From: Pirellulales bacterium | GTDB lineage: Bacteria; Planctomycetota; Planctomycetia; Pirellulales; JAEUIK01 | DNA: 64,000 bases | NCBI GenBank assembly: GCA_050184475.1 | Contig: JBFXAH010000007.1 | Span: 136,328-200,327 of the forward strand | Direction: 5' to 3' | In this document: piece by piece, positions 23,424 to 33,210 of the stretch | Layout of the letters: each line of letters opens with the position of its first letter | Numbering within the stretch: the stretch's first letter is position 1 | Position numbers and translations under genes: made by a program | Notes under the pieces: model-generated | The model's input: the letters and a program-made list of their open reading frames with translations, nothing else | What the model was told of the DNA's origin: nothing | Databases searched by the model: none

Positions 23424-25244
23424 CTATTCGTCGGCGTGCGATGGTTGCTCGATCGCTGGCGCGGGCTCCTCGGCGGCCCGGCGGCGACGCTCACGGAGTC
23501 GACGCCAGGTGTCGAGCAGCGGGCGGCGGGGGGCCGTTTCTGTAGTCGGCGCTTCAGTATCAGTCGCCGGCGCGTCGGCCGTCGCGGCATTCACATCCCC
23601 CGGCGCAGGCTCGGTATCACCCGCCGGCGTAGCGCTGGACTGTTGTCGCCTGGTGCGCCAGGCTTTTAACAGCTCTTCGACGATCGGCATTGCCACGGCC
23701 GCAGCGTCGCCAGCCACTTGGCCCGGCGAAGCGTCGGAGGTCGATGTGTCGTTGGCAACGGGTTCGTCCCCTGGCGCGGTGCTATCGCCGGGGGCCGCCG
23801 GAGCATCTTCAGCCGCGTCGCTATCAGTCGGCGTTGGAGCCGCTGGCTCGTCACCAGCGATCGCTTCGTTGGGATTGTGCAATTCCGGGAAGGCCGGGCC
23901 GCTCTCTCCCGTCAGGCGGTCGAGGAGGCCGCCGAACGCCTCATCGAGGATTCCCATGCCTGAGTGGGCCAAGGCCTGGCCGTCGACCTCGGGCTTAGCA
24001 AGCGTGCCATGCACGGGAATCTCGATCGTCTTGCCGCTGAGCGCACGCCGCAGCGGGCCAGTCGATTCGGCGAAGGTCGGTAGCGTGACTTCGGCCAGTA
24101 GATCGAGCGTGCGATCGAGCCCGACGCTGCCGCTGGTGTGGACCGGCAATCCACCGAGGCGAAAGCCGAGATCGCGGTGATGAACGCGGCGGTCTTGCAG
24201 CAGGAATTCGATCCCCGTGTCGCGGGCCATCAGCAGCTCGGCAGGCACGCCAACCAGCGACGCGATGTAAGTGACCATCGGTCCCGCCTCGACCACCAGC
24301 GAATGGATGACGAGATGCCCGCCGCAAACGGCCTGATCGGGATGCTCGAGCGGAATCCGCCATTCGGCCAGCTCGACCGAAAAATCGCCATCGACGTTGG
24401 CCGAGCCCGCCAGGATGGGAGCGACAAACTGCAGCCACTGGTTGGCGACGGCCCGGGTTATCTCGGCGTTCTCGATCAGCTTGCCTGGCTCGACGTAGGC
24501 TTCGAGACCTTCGCCGTCGGTAAGCGGACGAAGCCCGGCGACGACATGGATGCCTTGCGCTTCCCAGCGAGCGCCATCGTCGGCGCTTTCGGCGGCCGGA
24601 GCCGGTTGCGGTGTTGGGCCGGTCGACGCGAGCGTTATCCGGGGCGTCGCCGTCACGACAGGAGCGTTTTGAATTGCCTCAGCGACAGTCGCTCCGTTGC
24701 CGGCGACGCGTTCGACGATGACGCTGGCATTGGCGATTTCGATTTCGGCCCGCACTTGTGGAACACCGGTCCAAGGACGCTCGTGGACCGGTTCGTCCGG
24801 CTCGGGCTCATCCTTTTCCAACGGCGCGAAGACGCGGCGGAAGTTGCTGCCGGTGTCGTCGACGATCAAATGCGCGACCGGCCGCTCGCAAACGACGCGG
24901 CCGCAATCGGGCCAGCCGGAGATCAACTGCCAAAGCGAACGGTCCATTTCGATCTTGGCGATCGACAGCAGCGGTGGCCCACTCGGGGGCGCGATGGCGA
25001 TGTCGTAGAACGCGGGGGCCGAAAACCAGCCGAGCCTGGCCTGCCCGCAGGTGATCCGGCCATCGATTTTCGAGACCGCCAGTCGCAAGAGCAGATTGCG
25101 CACCGGCGAACTGGCCAAGATGTACGGGGCGGCGACGAACAGCAGCAAGACGACCGCCAGGCCCATGGCGACTCGGCGCGGCCAGCGACGGGGGCGGGGA
25201 CTGGCGTCCGTGGGGGGCGGGGGACCTGGCTTGTGTTGTGACAT
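23424..25244 (-). CDS. membrane-anchored protein, AsmA/TamB-like N-terminus, acidic Pro/Ala-rich C-terminus
   Basis: The N-terminal TM segment is MGLAVVLLLFVAAPYILA. It is followed by RITCGQARLGWFSAPAFYDIAI-type sequence and a long low-complexity tail. The family assignment is tentative. Confidence 0.4.
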   Translation of the reverse strand: MSQHKPGPPPPTDASPRPRRWPRRVAMGLAVVLLLFVAAPYILASSPVRNLLLRLAVSKIDGRITCGQARLGWFSAPAFYDIAIAPPSGPPLLSIAKIEMDRSLWQLISGWPDCGRVVCERPVAHLIVDDTGSNFRRVFAPLEKDEPEPDEPVHERPWTGVPQVRAEIEIANASVIVERVAGNGATVAEAIQNAPVVTATPRITLASTGPTPQPAPAAESADDGARWEAQGIHVVAGLRPLTDGEGLEAYVEPGKLIENAEITRAVANQWLQFVAPILAGSANVDGDFSVELAEWRIPLEHPDQAVCGGHLVIHSLVVEAGPMVTYIASLVGVPAELLMARDTGIEFLLQDRRVHHRDLGFRLGGLPVHTSGSVGLDRTLDLLAEVTLPTFAESTGPLRRALSGKTIEIPVHGTLAKPEVDGQALAHSGMGILDEAFGGLLDRLTGESGPAFPELHNPNEAIAGDEPAAPTPTDSDAAEDAPAAPGDSTAPGDEPVANDTSTSDASPGQVAGDAAAVAMPIVEELLKAWRTRRQQSSATPAGDTEPAPGDVNAATADAPATDTEAPTTETAPRRPLLDTWRRLRERRRRAAEEPAPAIEQPSHADE

Positions 25245-25773
25245 GCCCGGATGCCTCGCGAATGGGAGTTGCAACGGCCGGCTACCACACCGGGCAGTCT
25301 AGTTCAGTCGCCGGCGGACCGACAAGCAGGTAAAGCTTGCCGACTGGGCAATGCGCGACGCAGAAAACGCGGCCATTTCGCCTTTTCGCACCCGAAATCG
25401 ATCTCGAACGCCATTTGTCGCGGCCTGGCAATTCGCGTTGCCTTTAACACACCTGACGGCTGCCCGGAGGCGGTTCGACTTGGTTTTTCCAGAATGTTGG
25501 CCCCTGCTTTTCGACTCCGCCGGCCGAGGTCGATGATATCAGCAGGTCGCGGCGATCGGCGGCCGGGCACGCCGCAACGCAGTGCCGCCGATCGAGCGGC
25601 CCAGACTCGCAGCATTGGTAACAGTTTGGAGGTGAATCCGCCTAGCAAACAAGAACGCTCGCAGCCGCGGCTGCGTTCTGGCATCGTGTGCCGGACGAGC
25701 ATGCGGCCCTGCGCGCGGGGCGACCTACATCAAACCTTGATAGCAACTTGCCTGAAAGTTCTTGGGCCGTGCC

Positions 25774-26691
25774 ATGAGCGATCGCTTGCAACACCATCGC
25801 TTTCCCGACGAAAGTCGCGAATTCCCCGGTCAGTCGCGGGGGCGCAGCCGGATGGCGGCAGCGAAAGTGTCGCGCAAGACCGGCCGGACGTGCCGCCCAG
25901 TCGGCGACGAGCTTAGCCGTTCGCATGGCCTGCTGCGGTCGCAAGCTAGTGAAACACAGCGTACAATAGAGGAGACGAACGCGGAGCAATCCGCGTCGCC
26001 AGAAGACCCCTTGCGAGATGAATTCGTGCAGCACGAGTCGTCGCGGATCCACCTGCCGACGCTACGTAGCGTCGAGGAAGAGATTGCCAACACCCTGACG
26101 CACGGCGTGGGGCTGGGGTTGGCCGTCGCCGGCTGGTGCGTGCTGTTGGTCTTTGCGTCGCTGCAGGGGAGCGCCTGGAGCATCGTGGGCTGTGCGATCT
26201 ACGGCCTCACGCTGGTCATGCTCTATGCGGCTTCAACCTTCTATCACTCGGTGACCAGCCCGCGATGGAAGCCGACCCTGCGGTTGTGCGACCACGTCTG
26301 CATCTTTCTGTTGATCGCGGGGACTTATACCCCGTTCACGCTCACGACGTTGCGCGGCCCTTGGGGTTGGACGCTGTTGGCGCTAGTCTGGACGTGTGCG
26401 GCCGCCGGCATCTTGTTCAAGCTCTATGCGGCCGGGCGGTTTCGTTCGGTCTCGGCCGTGCCGTACCTGGGAATGGGCTGGTTGGCTCTGCTGGCCGTAA
26501 AGCCGATGTTGCAATTGATGCCGCTGGGCGGCATCGCCTGGCTCCTGGGCGGCGGGCTTTTCTACTCGGCCGGCACGCTCTTTTACCGCCGCGATCACAA
26601 TCGCTACTACCACGCCGTGTGGCACATCTTTGTGTTGCTGGGCAGCGTGTGCCATTTCTGCGCGGTGTTCTTTTACGCCATCAGCGCGTGA
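25774..26691 (+). CDS. hemolysin III / PAQR-family membrane protein
   Basis: EEIANTLTHGVG, STFYHS, DHVCIFLLIAGTYTPF and HAVWHIFVLLGSVCHF motifs are present with seven TM segments. The roughly 80-aa N-terminal extension makes the start uncertain (TTG 25762 or ATG 25774). Confidence 0.8.
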   Translation: MSDRLQHHRFPDESREFPGQSRGRSRMAAAKVSRKTGRTCRPVGDELSRSHGLLRSQASETQRTIEETNAEQSASPEDPLRDEFVQHESSRIHLPTLRSVEEEIANTLTHGVGLGLAVAGWCVLLVFASLQGSAWSIVGCAIYGLTLVMLYAASTFYHSVTSPRWKPTLRLCDHVCIFLLIAGTYTPFTLTTLRGPWGWTLLALVWTCAAAGILFKLYAAGRFRSVSAVPYLGMGWLALLAVKPMLQLMPLGGIAWLLGGGLFYSAGTLFYRRDHNRYYHAVWHIFVLLGSVCHFCAVFFYAISA

Positions 26692-26813
26692 ATCGGGATT
26701 GACCGGTGAGCCGGCACTTGTCGGCTCCTATCGTAGCCCGCAGACTGCATGAGCGGCCACCGACCTGCATCGCGCGGCGCCTGGGAACATTAGCGGCGTA
26801 CCCGGCTAACTCC

Positions 26814-27680
26814 ATGGATCTTTCAGTCGTCGATATCGGCAATGTGCTGACGCGCACCAGCGGCTATTTGCGGACGGTGTCGTCCCACTCGCTGCAACCC
26901 TACCGGGGATGCACGTTCGGCCGGGCGCTGTGCGGCGTCGGCTGCTATGTACGGCACAATGGTCATCTGACGCGCGGCCGGGAGTGGGGCACCTTTCTCG
27001 AAGTCCGCGAGAACGCCGCCGCTAGTTACCGGCAGCATGTGGCGGCCGAGCGACGTTGGGCCCGCGCCGCACGCGGTCGCTTTGCCATCTTTCTGTCGAG
27101 CGCGACCGAGCCGTTTCTGCCGCAAGAAGCGCGTTACGGCGTGACGCGGGCCGTGCTCGAAGCCATGCTCGACGAGCCCCCCGATCTGCTGATTCTGCAA
27201 ACGCATTCGCACCGCGTCGTCGACTACCTGCCCCTTTACGAGAAGCTATTGAGCGTCGCCGACTTGCGCGTACACGTGTCGATCGAGACCGATCGTGAGC
27301 AGATCGTCGGTTTGCCGCCGCACGCCTCGTCGATCGATGCTCGCTTCGCCGCGGCCCAAGCGCTCAAGCAGGCAGGCGTGCCGACGGTGATCACCGTCTC
27401 GCCGCTGTTGCCGATCCAAGATCCCGAGCGTTTTTTCGCGCGCATCGCCGCCGCGGCTGACGCGGTGGTGATCGATCACTTTATCGGCGGCGACGGTTCG
27501 GCCGATGGGCAGCGCACGCGACGCACGGAATTGCCGGCGGCCATGGCGCGAGTCGACGAACGTTCGCTGGGGATTGAGTATCGCGCGGCCATGATCGCAG
27601 TTGCCCAACGACATCTGCCCGACCGCCTGGGGGTGAACATCGATGGCTTTGCAGGACGCTGGTTGCCCGCCGATGCGTAG
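26814..27680 (+). CDS. putative radical-SAM-like / SplB (DNA photolyase-like) family protein
   Basis: The Cys cluster YRGCTFGRALCGVGCYV has C-x7-C-x3-C spacing. The length and TIM-barrel-like pattern (FLSSATEPFLP, HVSIETD, VITVSPLLP) resemble COG1533-type proteins. This rests on memory only. Confidence 0.4.
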   Translation: MDLSVVDIGNVLTRTSGYLRTVSSHSLQPYRGCTFGRALCGVGCYVRHNGHLTRGREWGTFLEVRENAAASYRQHVAAERRWARAARGRFAIFLSSATEPFLPQEARYGVTRAVLEAMLDEPPDLLILQTHSHRVVDYLPLYEKLLSVADLRVHVSIETDREQIVGLPPHASSIDARFAAAQALKQAGVPTVITVSPLLPIQDPERFFARIAAAADAVVIDHFIGGDGSADGQRTRRTELPAAMARVDERSLGIEYRAAMIAVAQRHLPDRLGVNIDGFAGRWLPADA

Positions 27681-27737
27681 CAGCCTGCCGCGGAGCCGAC
27701 GGCGAGCAATCGTTGAAATCCGCCAGGCGACCGATCG

Positions 27738-28157
27738 TCAGGCCGGCGAAAGACCAGCCGACGTGGCGGGCCGCGAGTTCGCCTTACTGGGCTGGCCGGC
27801 CGCGGCGGCATCGGCTACGACTTGCTCGAGTACGGCGATGTATTCGAGAAACCGCGCTCGTCCCTCGGTGGTGAGGCGACAGGTGGTCAGCGGGCGATTG
27901 CGGTCGTAGCCCTTGTGGATTTCGACCAGGCCCGCTTGCTCGAGCAACTGCAAGTGCCGGCTGAGATTGCCGTCGGTCAGCGCGCACAATTCCTTGAGAT
28001 CGTTGAAAGGCAAACCGCTTTGGTGCGTGGCCAGCGAGGTGAGGATTCCCAACCGCGCGCGTTCGTGCAGCACGCGATCGAGCCCGTCGTAGGCGAAGCG
28101 GCCGTTGCGCGCGGAGTCGTCGGCGGCGGTGGTTTCGGGTCGCGAGGCGTCGCTCAT
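27738..28157 (-). CDS. winged-helix transcriptional regulator
   Basis: This is the inner ATG of ORF 27738..28571. VLHERARLGILTSLATHQSGLPFNDLKELCALTDGNLSRHLQLLEQAGLVEIHKG is a clear wHTH. The ATGA overlaps the stop of the upstream membrane-protein gene. Confidence 0.8.
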   Translation of the reverse strand: MSDASRPETTAADDSARNGRFAYDGLDRVLHERARLGILTSLATHQSGLPFNDLKELCALTDGNLSRHLQLLEQAGLVEIHKGYDRNRPLTTCRLTTEGRARFLEYIAVLEQVVADAAAAGQPSKANSRPATSAGLSPA

Positions 28158-28825
28158 GGGTGGCGCTCCAGCGACACGTAGAGCACGACCGCGCTGAGCA
28201 GTTGGCCCGTCGCAAAGGGGACTGCCATCCGCCAGGGAGAAAGCAACGGCAGGTCTCCCAGCCCAGCCAGATTCGCCGCGCCGGCCAGCAAGTACACCAG
28301 CGCGATGGCATACGACGCGCGGGGCAACTGCCGAGAGATCGCGAACACGCCCAGGCTGAACAACACTTGCCAGATGCCGGGCAGCATCCATGCGGCGCTC
28401 GGCGCGGTCGCACGGATGGCCAGCGTCACCAGGGCGCCTGCCGCCAGACAGGGGAGAAACTGCTCGACCAGCAGCCAAGTCGCCTGACGCGCCAGCGGAG
28501 AGTCGTCTTCGCGTAAGCGGAGCCAGATACCGATGGCCGAGAGCGTGGCGTTGATGGCCGCGGCCGCGCACCAGATCGCCAGGTAGCGGCTCAATTCCGC
28601 CGTGGCACTACCGATCAACAGCGCCTGCAGCCCACCGGCGGCGATGGCGATCACGGCCGTACAGGCGACCGGGGCGGCGCGGACGCCGCGATAGATTTCG
28701 GCCCGGGCGAGCTGTCTGCGGATCAGGGCGATTTCTTGCAGGGCGTCGTCGAGTTGCATGGCGATGGCCCGCCGGAGTGATTGGCACAGAGTTCTTGGCA
28801 GTACAAAGTCTAGTCGCACCTTCAC
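28154..28825 (-). CDS. hypothetical polytopic membrane protein (co-translated with the wHTH regulator)
   Basis: 223 aa with about six hydrophobic segments. It has a 4-nt overlap with the downstream regulator gene. Confidence 0.65.
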   Translation of the reverse strand: MKVRLDFVLPRTLCQSLRRAIAMQLDDALQEIALIRRQLARAEIYRGVRAAPVACTAVIAIAAGGLQALLIGSATAELSRYLAIWCAAAAINATLSAIGIWLRLREDDSPLARQATWLLVEQFLPCLAAGALVTLAIRATAPSAAWMLPGIWQVLFSLGVFAISRQLPRASYAIALVYLLAGAANLAGLGDLPLLSPWRMAVPFATGQLLSAVVLYVSLERHP

Positions 28826-28866
28826 CGATTTGTCAAACGCAGGAAGGACTAGCGAAGGTGGGCCAG

Positions 28867-29700
28867 TTACTGCTCGCCGGCGAAAGTTGCCACCGACTCC
28901 GCGGCCAAGTCGGTTTCTGCGCCGCGCGGCATGGCGGTAATCAATCCCACGACATGCGAGACGTCGCCTGACGCGTCGACGACCGGAAACGCGCGAAGAT
29001 GCACCCCGAGCGGATCTGCATCCTTACGGACAGCGTGATACTCGCGCTGGGTTGGCTGGCGGGTGTGTGCCACCTGACGCAGCGCGGCCCGAAAATCTTC
29101 GGACTCATCTGCACGGACGATTTTCCCCCAATCCGTCAGATCGCGCGGCACCGGCGCGAAGTTTTCGCCGAGCAGGTTTGTCCAGGTTGCGGCAACTTCG
29201 AAGCGGTCGGTTTGGGGAGACCAGCAAAAGCCAGCTTGTACTTCGGTCGACAGGCGATCTTCGTACAGCCTGCGCCATTGCGCGGCGCGTTCGGCCAGAA
29301 GGCGCGCCCGCTCGTCGCTCTGGCAGAGCGATAGCCAGTTGCGCTGCGCGCTATCGGCTTCGCGCTCGGCCTGGATGCGGGCCGCGTGCAAGGCATTGAT
29401 GAAAACGCTGATGAAAATCCCCACCAGGGCGAACATCCCGCAGTTAAGCACATCCTTCGTCTCCGCGAGGACGTTCGGAATGAACAGGTAAGCGCCGAGC
29501 ATTGCTCCCAGCGCGGTCGCCAGCAGACCCGGACCTAAACCTCCCCACCAAGCGCTGACGATCACGGCGATATTGAAGAACACGTACGGTGCGCGATCTT
29601 CGAGGTACGGGGCGAACCAAGTCCGCAGCACCACCCCCATGGCGATGGCGATGACCGATACGGCGTATCGCGCAGGGAGTGTGCGAGTGGCTAACGCCAT
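28867..29700 (-). CDS. DUF4118-like membrane domain + PAS domain protein (no transmitter domain)
   Basis: The N-terminal four TM segments resemble the KdpD-type sensor membrane domain (VFFNIAVIVSAWWGGLGPGLLAT...). A coiled coil follows, then a PAS-like core (FCWSPQTDRFEVAATWTNLLG...EYHAVRKDADPLGVHLRAFPVVD). The ORF ends without an H-box. Confidence 0.6.
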   Translation of the reverse strand: MALATRTLPARYAVSVIAIAMGVVLRTWFAPYLEDRAPYVFFNIAVIVSAWWGGLGPGLLATALGAMLGAYLFIPNVLAETKDVLNCGMFALVGIFISVFINALHAARIQAEREADSAQRNWLSLCQSDERARLLAERAAQWRRLYEDRLSTEVQAGFCWSPQTDRFEVAATWTNLLGENFAPVPRDLTDWGKIVRADESEDFRAALRQVAHTRQPTQREYHAVRKDADPLGVHLRAFPVVDASGDVSHVVGLITAMPRGAETDLAAESVATFAGEQ

Positions 29701-29866
29701 GCGGAATCTCGTGATGCAACAGGCTGATCCGAGCGCGCCCCTCGGAGCACGCCGCGACGAGGCTCCATTCTATGCCAGAGACAGGTCCGCGCGCCAAGGA
29801 ACCGCCTGACGGGCTGGAATCCTCTTTTGGTGATTCGCGTGAGGAACGATCCAGTTGGCGAGTTGC

Positions 29867-32800
29867 TCAAAAGGCACGTTGGCGAGGCGCGGCCGCTTCA
29901 ACTCCCGCTGCCGGAGCCGCCGGTTCGACCGGCGGCGAGTCTTCTTCCCCTTTTTGGCCTGCGTCCAACAACAGGTAGCCGGCCCAAAAAAACGGATGCT
30001 CGGCGTGGGGTGGCTGCTTCTTGGGACTGATTTCCAGCCGCGGCTCAACCGCCGGATCGACTGGAGTCGAGATCGCCAACGTCACGGCGCGCTGCCAAGC
30101 GCCGGCGGCAGATTGGTGCGGCAGCTCTTGCACGAATTCGCGCACCAGGTCGTAGCTCGTTTGTCCGCCAGGTCGCCACAAAGTAATTAGCGTGGTGCGG
30201 ACGCCCGCGGCGGCCAAGGCGCAACTCGTCAGAAACAGCTCCTGACCGGCCCCCACGGGACCTTGTCGCTTGAGTGCTGCTTCGGCCGGCGTGTGAAAGC
30301 CGGGCAATACCAGTTGTTCGGGGCCGGGAAGCGACAAGTCGATCCAGGCCGCCAGCGAGGCATCCGCCGACCCGCGATCCAACAGCAAGGGACTCCAGCC
30401 GAAAGGACCTTTGTCCTGCTCGTTGATGTCGTTGAGTACGACGACGCGTTCGAAGAGCCGGCTATAGAGCGGGGCCGAGACCTGCACCCCGCCGTGGATC
30501 GCGACGGCTCCGGGGAGCGCCTCGGCCAGACGATTGAACTCACCCGTCGCGACTTCGTCGTCGTCGCGGGGGAGCAGGCGACCGAGCACCACCGCGGTTC
30601 GTCCGCCTTGACGTCGTGGACGATCGCCTTCGCAGGCCAGGCTCATCAAGGGCGCCTGTCGCAGACGCACGGCCGTGGCCAGCAGCTCGGTGCCGCTGCC
30701 GGCTTCCACGGGAATCGCGCCCCACGGCACGTACCACAGCGCCGCGTCGGGCACTATCACCAATTCGTTGATGTTGGAGCCGGCCGGAAAGCGGGTGCGG
30801 GCATTCTGTGTCAATCGCTTCCAGAGGTCGGCCGCGGTCTTCCGCCACTTGTCGTTCATCAGGGTGTCGTAACTGACCGGGCGATTCGCGTCGTTGAGCC
30901 CCAGGTCGCGCAACAGCACGGCGACCCGCTTGTGCAAGCCGGCCGCCGGCTCAATCGTCCACGAGTCGAGCCCCTGCGCTGTGACCAGAAACGCGTACGT
31001 CAGCCGTGACGTGGCAAAGAAGGCCAGCACCCCTTGGTCGGGCTTGATCGCCGCTTGTAGTTCGGCCGCTTTGCGCACCGGTGGAAAGCTCAAGCTGCCA
31101 GGACTGCGGCGCAGGCCCATTTCGCCGCGCACCGCTTCCAGCGCGTCAACCGTCTCGGCGAGCTGATTGAACGATACCACTTGATCGCGCCGCGCTTTGG
31201 GGTCTTCGGGCTGCAGCGGCTGGGCGGCCAGCGCAGCGAGTTGTTCGCGAGCCCGCGTCGAAAGCTGGCCGTACGTCGGATAGCGGCCGAGTAGATCTTG
31301 CCGCTCGAGTTGCGTGGGCTTGTCGAGCTCGTTGGCCGGCGTGTCCAAGGTCCAATGCAGACCCAACAATCGGCCGCCCAGCGGCAGCGTGCTCAAGAAT
31401 CGATGTCGGCGGGCAAGCTCGGCGATCTCTAGCGCTTGGGTCTTGTCCTTTTCATAGACCATTTCGAACCAGTGCTCGAAGGGGATCTCGTGCGACGTGC
31501 AGACAAAGGCCAGGGCTTCGAGCGGGTCGCGGGTCCAGTCGGCCGTATCGGGGTCGCGCAGCAATTGCTCGTAGAGTGGGAGCGCCACTCGCGAACTGAG
31601 CGACCCTTGCTGCGTCATCGTGTCGGTGGTGATCAATTGAAACAAACGGTGCGACGAGCCAGCCAGGTAGGGCATCAAGTTGCCCAGGGCCGTCGAGGCC
31701 GCTTGCCGCTGGCCGAGCTGGTAGAGCGTTAGCGTATTCAGGTAGTGCATCCGCGCACCGATGCGGCCGCGCAACATCTGGCGATTGCCGATCACGCCAC
31801 GGGCGTCGGCGAGTAACGACGCCGCGGCCTTGGCCTGGCCTTGCAGAGCGAGGTTCTCGACCGCCAGCAATTCGAGCGAGGCCTGCAGTTGCCGGTAGCC
31901 GCTCGCACGGGCCCAGGTGGTGGCCGGCGCCAACGGTGCCCAAGTTCCGTTGTTGCCCGCGGCCAGATACGAAACGAAGCCGTAACGAAAGGCTTCTTCA
32001 ATCACGCCGGGGTCTTCGTATTGCAGAGCAGCGATCGATGCTTCCCAGAAAAACCGGCTGGCCGCCGCGAAATCGCCTGTCGCGTAAGCCATGTGCCCCA
32101 GTTCAAGAAACACCGTGGAGGTCAACGGATGGTCGAACTCGCCGGCCACGAGCAGCGCCCGTTCGAGGACCGGCTTGGCTTGATCGGGCTTGCCGGCGGC
32201 ATAAAAGGCCAGCCCGAGTTGCACGTCGATAAACGTTTCGGACCAGTGGTTGGGCTGCGTCAAGCGCCGCATGCAGGCGGCCAGCACGTCCTTGGTGAGC
32301 GGATCGTGTTCGCCCAAGGGACCGAGCAATTCGCGGCGGCGGCGAATCGCCAAGCACGTGGTACGGAGAATCTCGCCGTAGCGCAGCGGGAATGCCTGGG
32401 CTTGTTCGACGATCCCACCTTGCTGAAAGGCCGGGTTGTTGTTGACCTGCCCTTGCTGCATCAGGAACGAATCGCGGAAAGCGCCGTAGCGTGCTTGGCG
32501 GGTTGGCTGACCCCAAGGGACGTTACGGATTTGATTTGCCACCAAGGGGGCCACGGCCGGGTCAAACTGGACGCGGATCATCCAGTCGGCGAAAGCGACG
32601 TAGAGCTGCAGTGCCGAGTTGTAGTGGCCCAGCGCCTTCTGAAGTTGGCCAACCTGGTAGTAGCACTCGCCGGCCATCGTGTGATAGCAGATCGAGTCGA
32701 TCCAGTTGCTCTGCGCGGTCTTGATACCGCCGCGCCCTTCGGCCAGAAAGTCGCTCAGCGCCCGGTCGTAGTCACCGTCGACGAACAGCGAGAACGAGGC

Positions 32801-32932
32801 GAAATAACTGTCGGTGGGGGCCGCTCGTTGGCCGACGATTCCGCGGTTGGTGATTTGCCCCACTGCCGGGAGCGCCAGGGCGCAAACCAACACCAGCGAG
32901 ACGAAGCAGTGAACAAAATGGCGATGCCACAT
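29867..32932 (-). CDS. large secreted TPR-repeat protein with CHAT-like C-terminal domain
   Basis: I chose the inner ATG 32932 (MWHRHFVHCFVSLVLVCALALPAVG, a signal peptide). There are many TPR-like helices. The C-terminus has ELVIVPDAALWYVPWGAIPV, AVAIHGG and AAAGVRTTLITLWRP segments reminiscent of CHAT domains. Confidence 0.65.
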   Translation of the reverse strand: MWHRHFVHCFVSLVLVCALALPAVGQITNRGIVGQRAAPTDSYFASFSLFVDGDYDRALSDFLAEGRGGIKTAQSNWIDSICYHTMAGECYYQVGQLQKALGHYNSALQLYVAFADWMIRVQFDPAVAPLVANQIRNVPWGQPTRQARYGAFRDSFLMQQGQVNNNPAFQQGGIVEQAQAFPLRYGEILRTTCLAIRRRRELLGPLGEHDPLTKDVLAACMRRLTQPNHWSETFIDVQLGLAFYAAGKPDQAKPVLERALLVAGEFDHPLTSTVFLELGHMAYATGDFAAASRFFWEASIAALQYEDPGVIEEAFRYGFVSYLAAGNNGTWAPLAPATTWARASGYRQLQASLELLAVENLALQGQAKAAASLLADARGVIGNRQMLRGRIGARMHYLNTLTLYQLGQRQAASTALGNLMPYLAGSSHRLFQLITTDTMTQQGSLSSRVALPLYEQLLRDPDTADWTRDPLEALAFVCTSHEIPFEHWFEMVYEKDKTQALEIAELARRHRFLSTLPLGGRLLGLHWTLDTPANELDKPTQLERQDLLGRYPTYGQLSTRAREQLAALAAQPLQPEDPKARRDQVVSFNQLAETVDALEAVRGEMGLRRSPGSLSFPPVRKAAELQAAIKPDQGVLAFFATSRLTYAFLVTAQGLDSWTIEPAAGLHKRVAVLLRDLGLNDANRPVSYDTLMNDKWRKTAADLWKRLTQNARTRFPAGSNINELVIVPDAALWYVPWGAIPVEAGSGTELLATAVRLRQAPLMSLACEGDRPRRQGGRTAVVLGRLLPRDDDEVATGEFNRLAEALPGAVAIHGGVQVSAPLYSRLFERVVVLNDINEQDKGPFGWSPLLLDRGSADASLAAWIDLSLPGPEQLVLPGFHTPAEAALKRQGPVGAGQELFLTSCALAAAGVRTTLITLWRPGGQTSYDLVREFVQELPHQSAAGAWQRAVTLAISTPVDPAVEPRLEISPKKQPPHAEHPFFWAGYLLLDAGQKGEEDSPPVEPAAPAAGVEAAAPRQRAF

Positions 32933-33210
32933 GGCGTGTTCCAGCGCCCTTGCAGGTGGGCGATCAGCGAAGACAAGTGTCGAACCGTGCAGCAATTCTG
33001 TGCCGCATCCAGCGCGCGCCCGCGAACTTGAACCGCCACGGGTGGACAGCTCAACTACCTAGAATAACTGGACTCCGGCGCTCTCCGGAAGTTTGCTCGC
33101 GTATCCGCAGATGCCCAAAATCAATCGCTTGTCCGGATAAACCGATTCTACCGGCCGGATGGCGCCGGCGACAAATCGGCGCCGGAATCGTCGGGCCACG
33201 CGGCGCCAAC

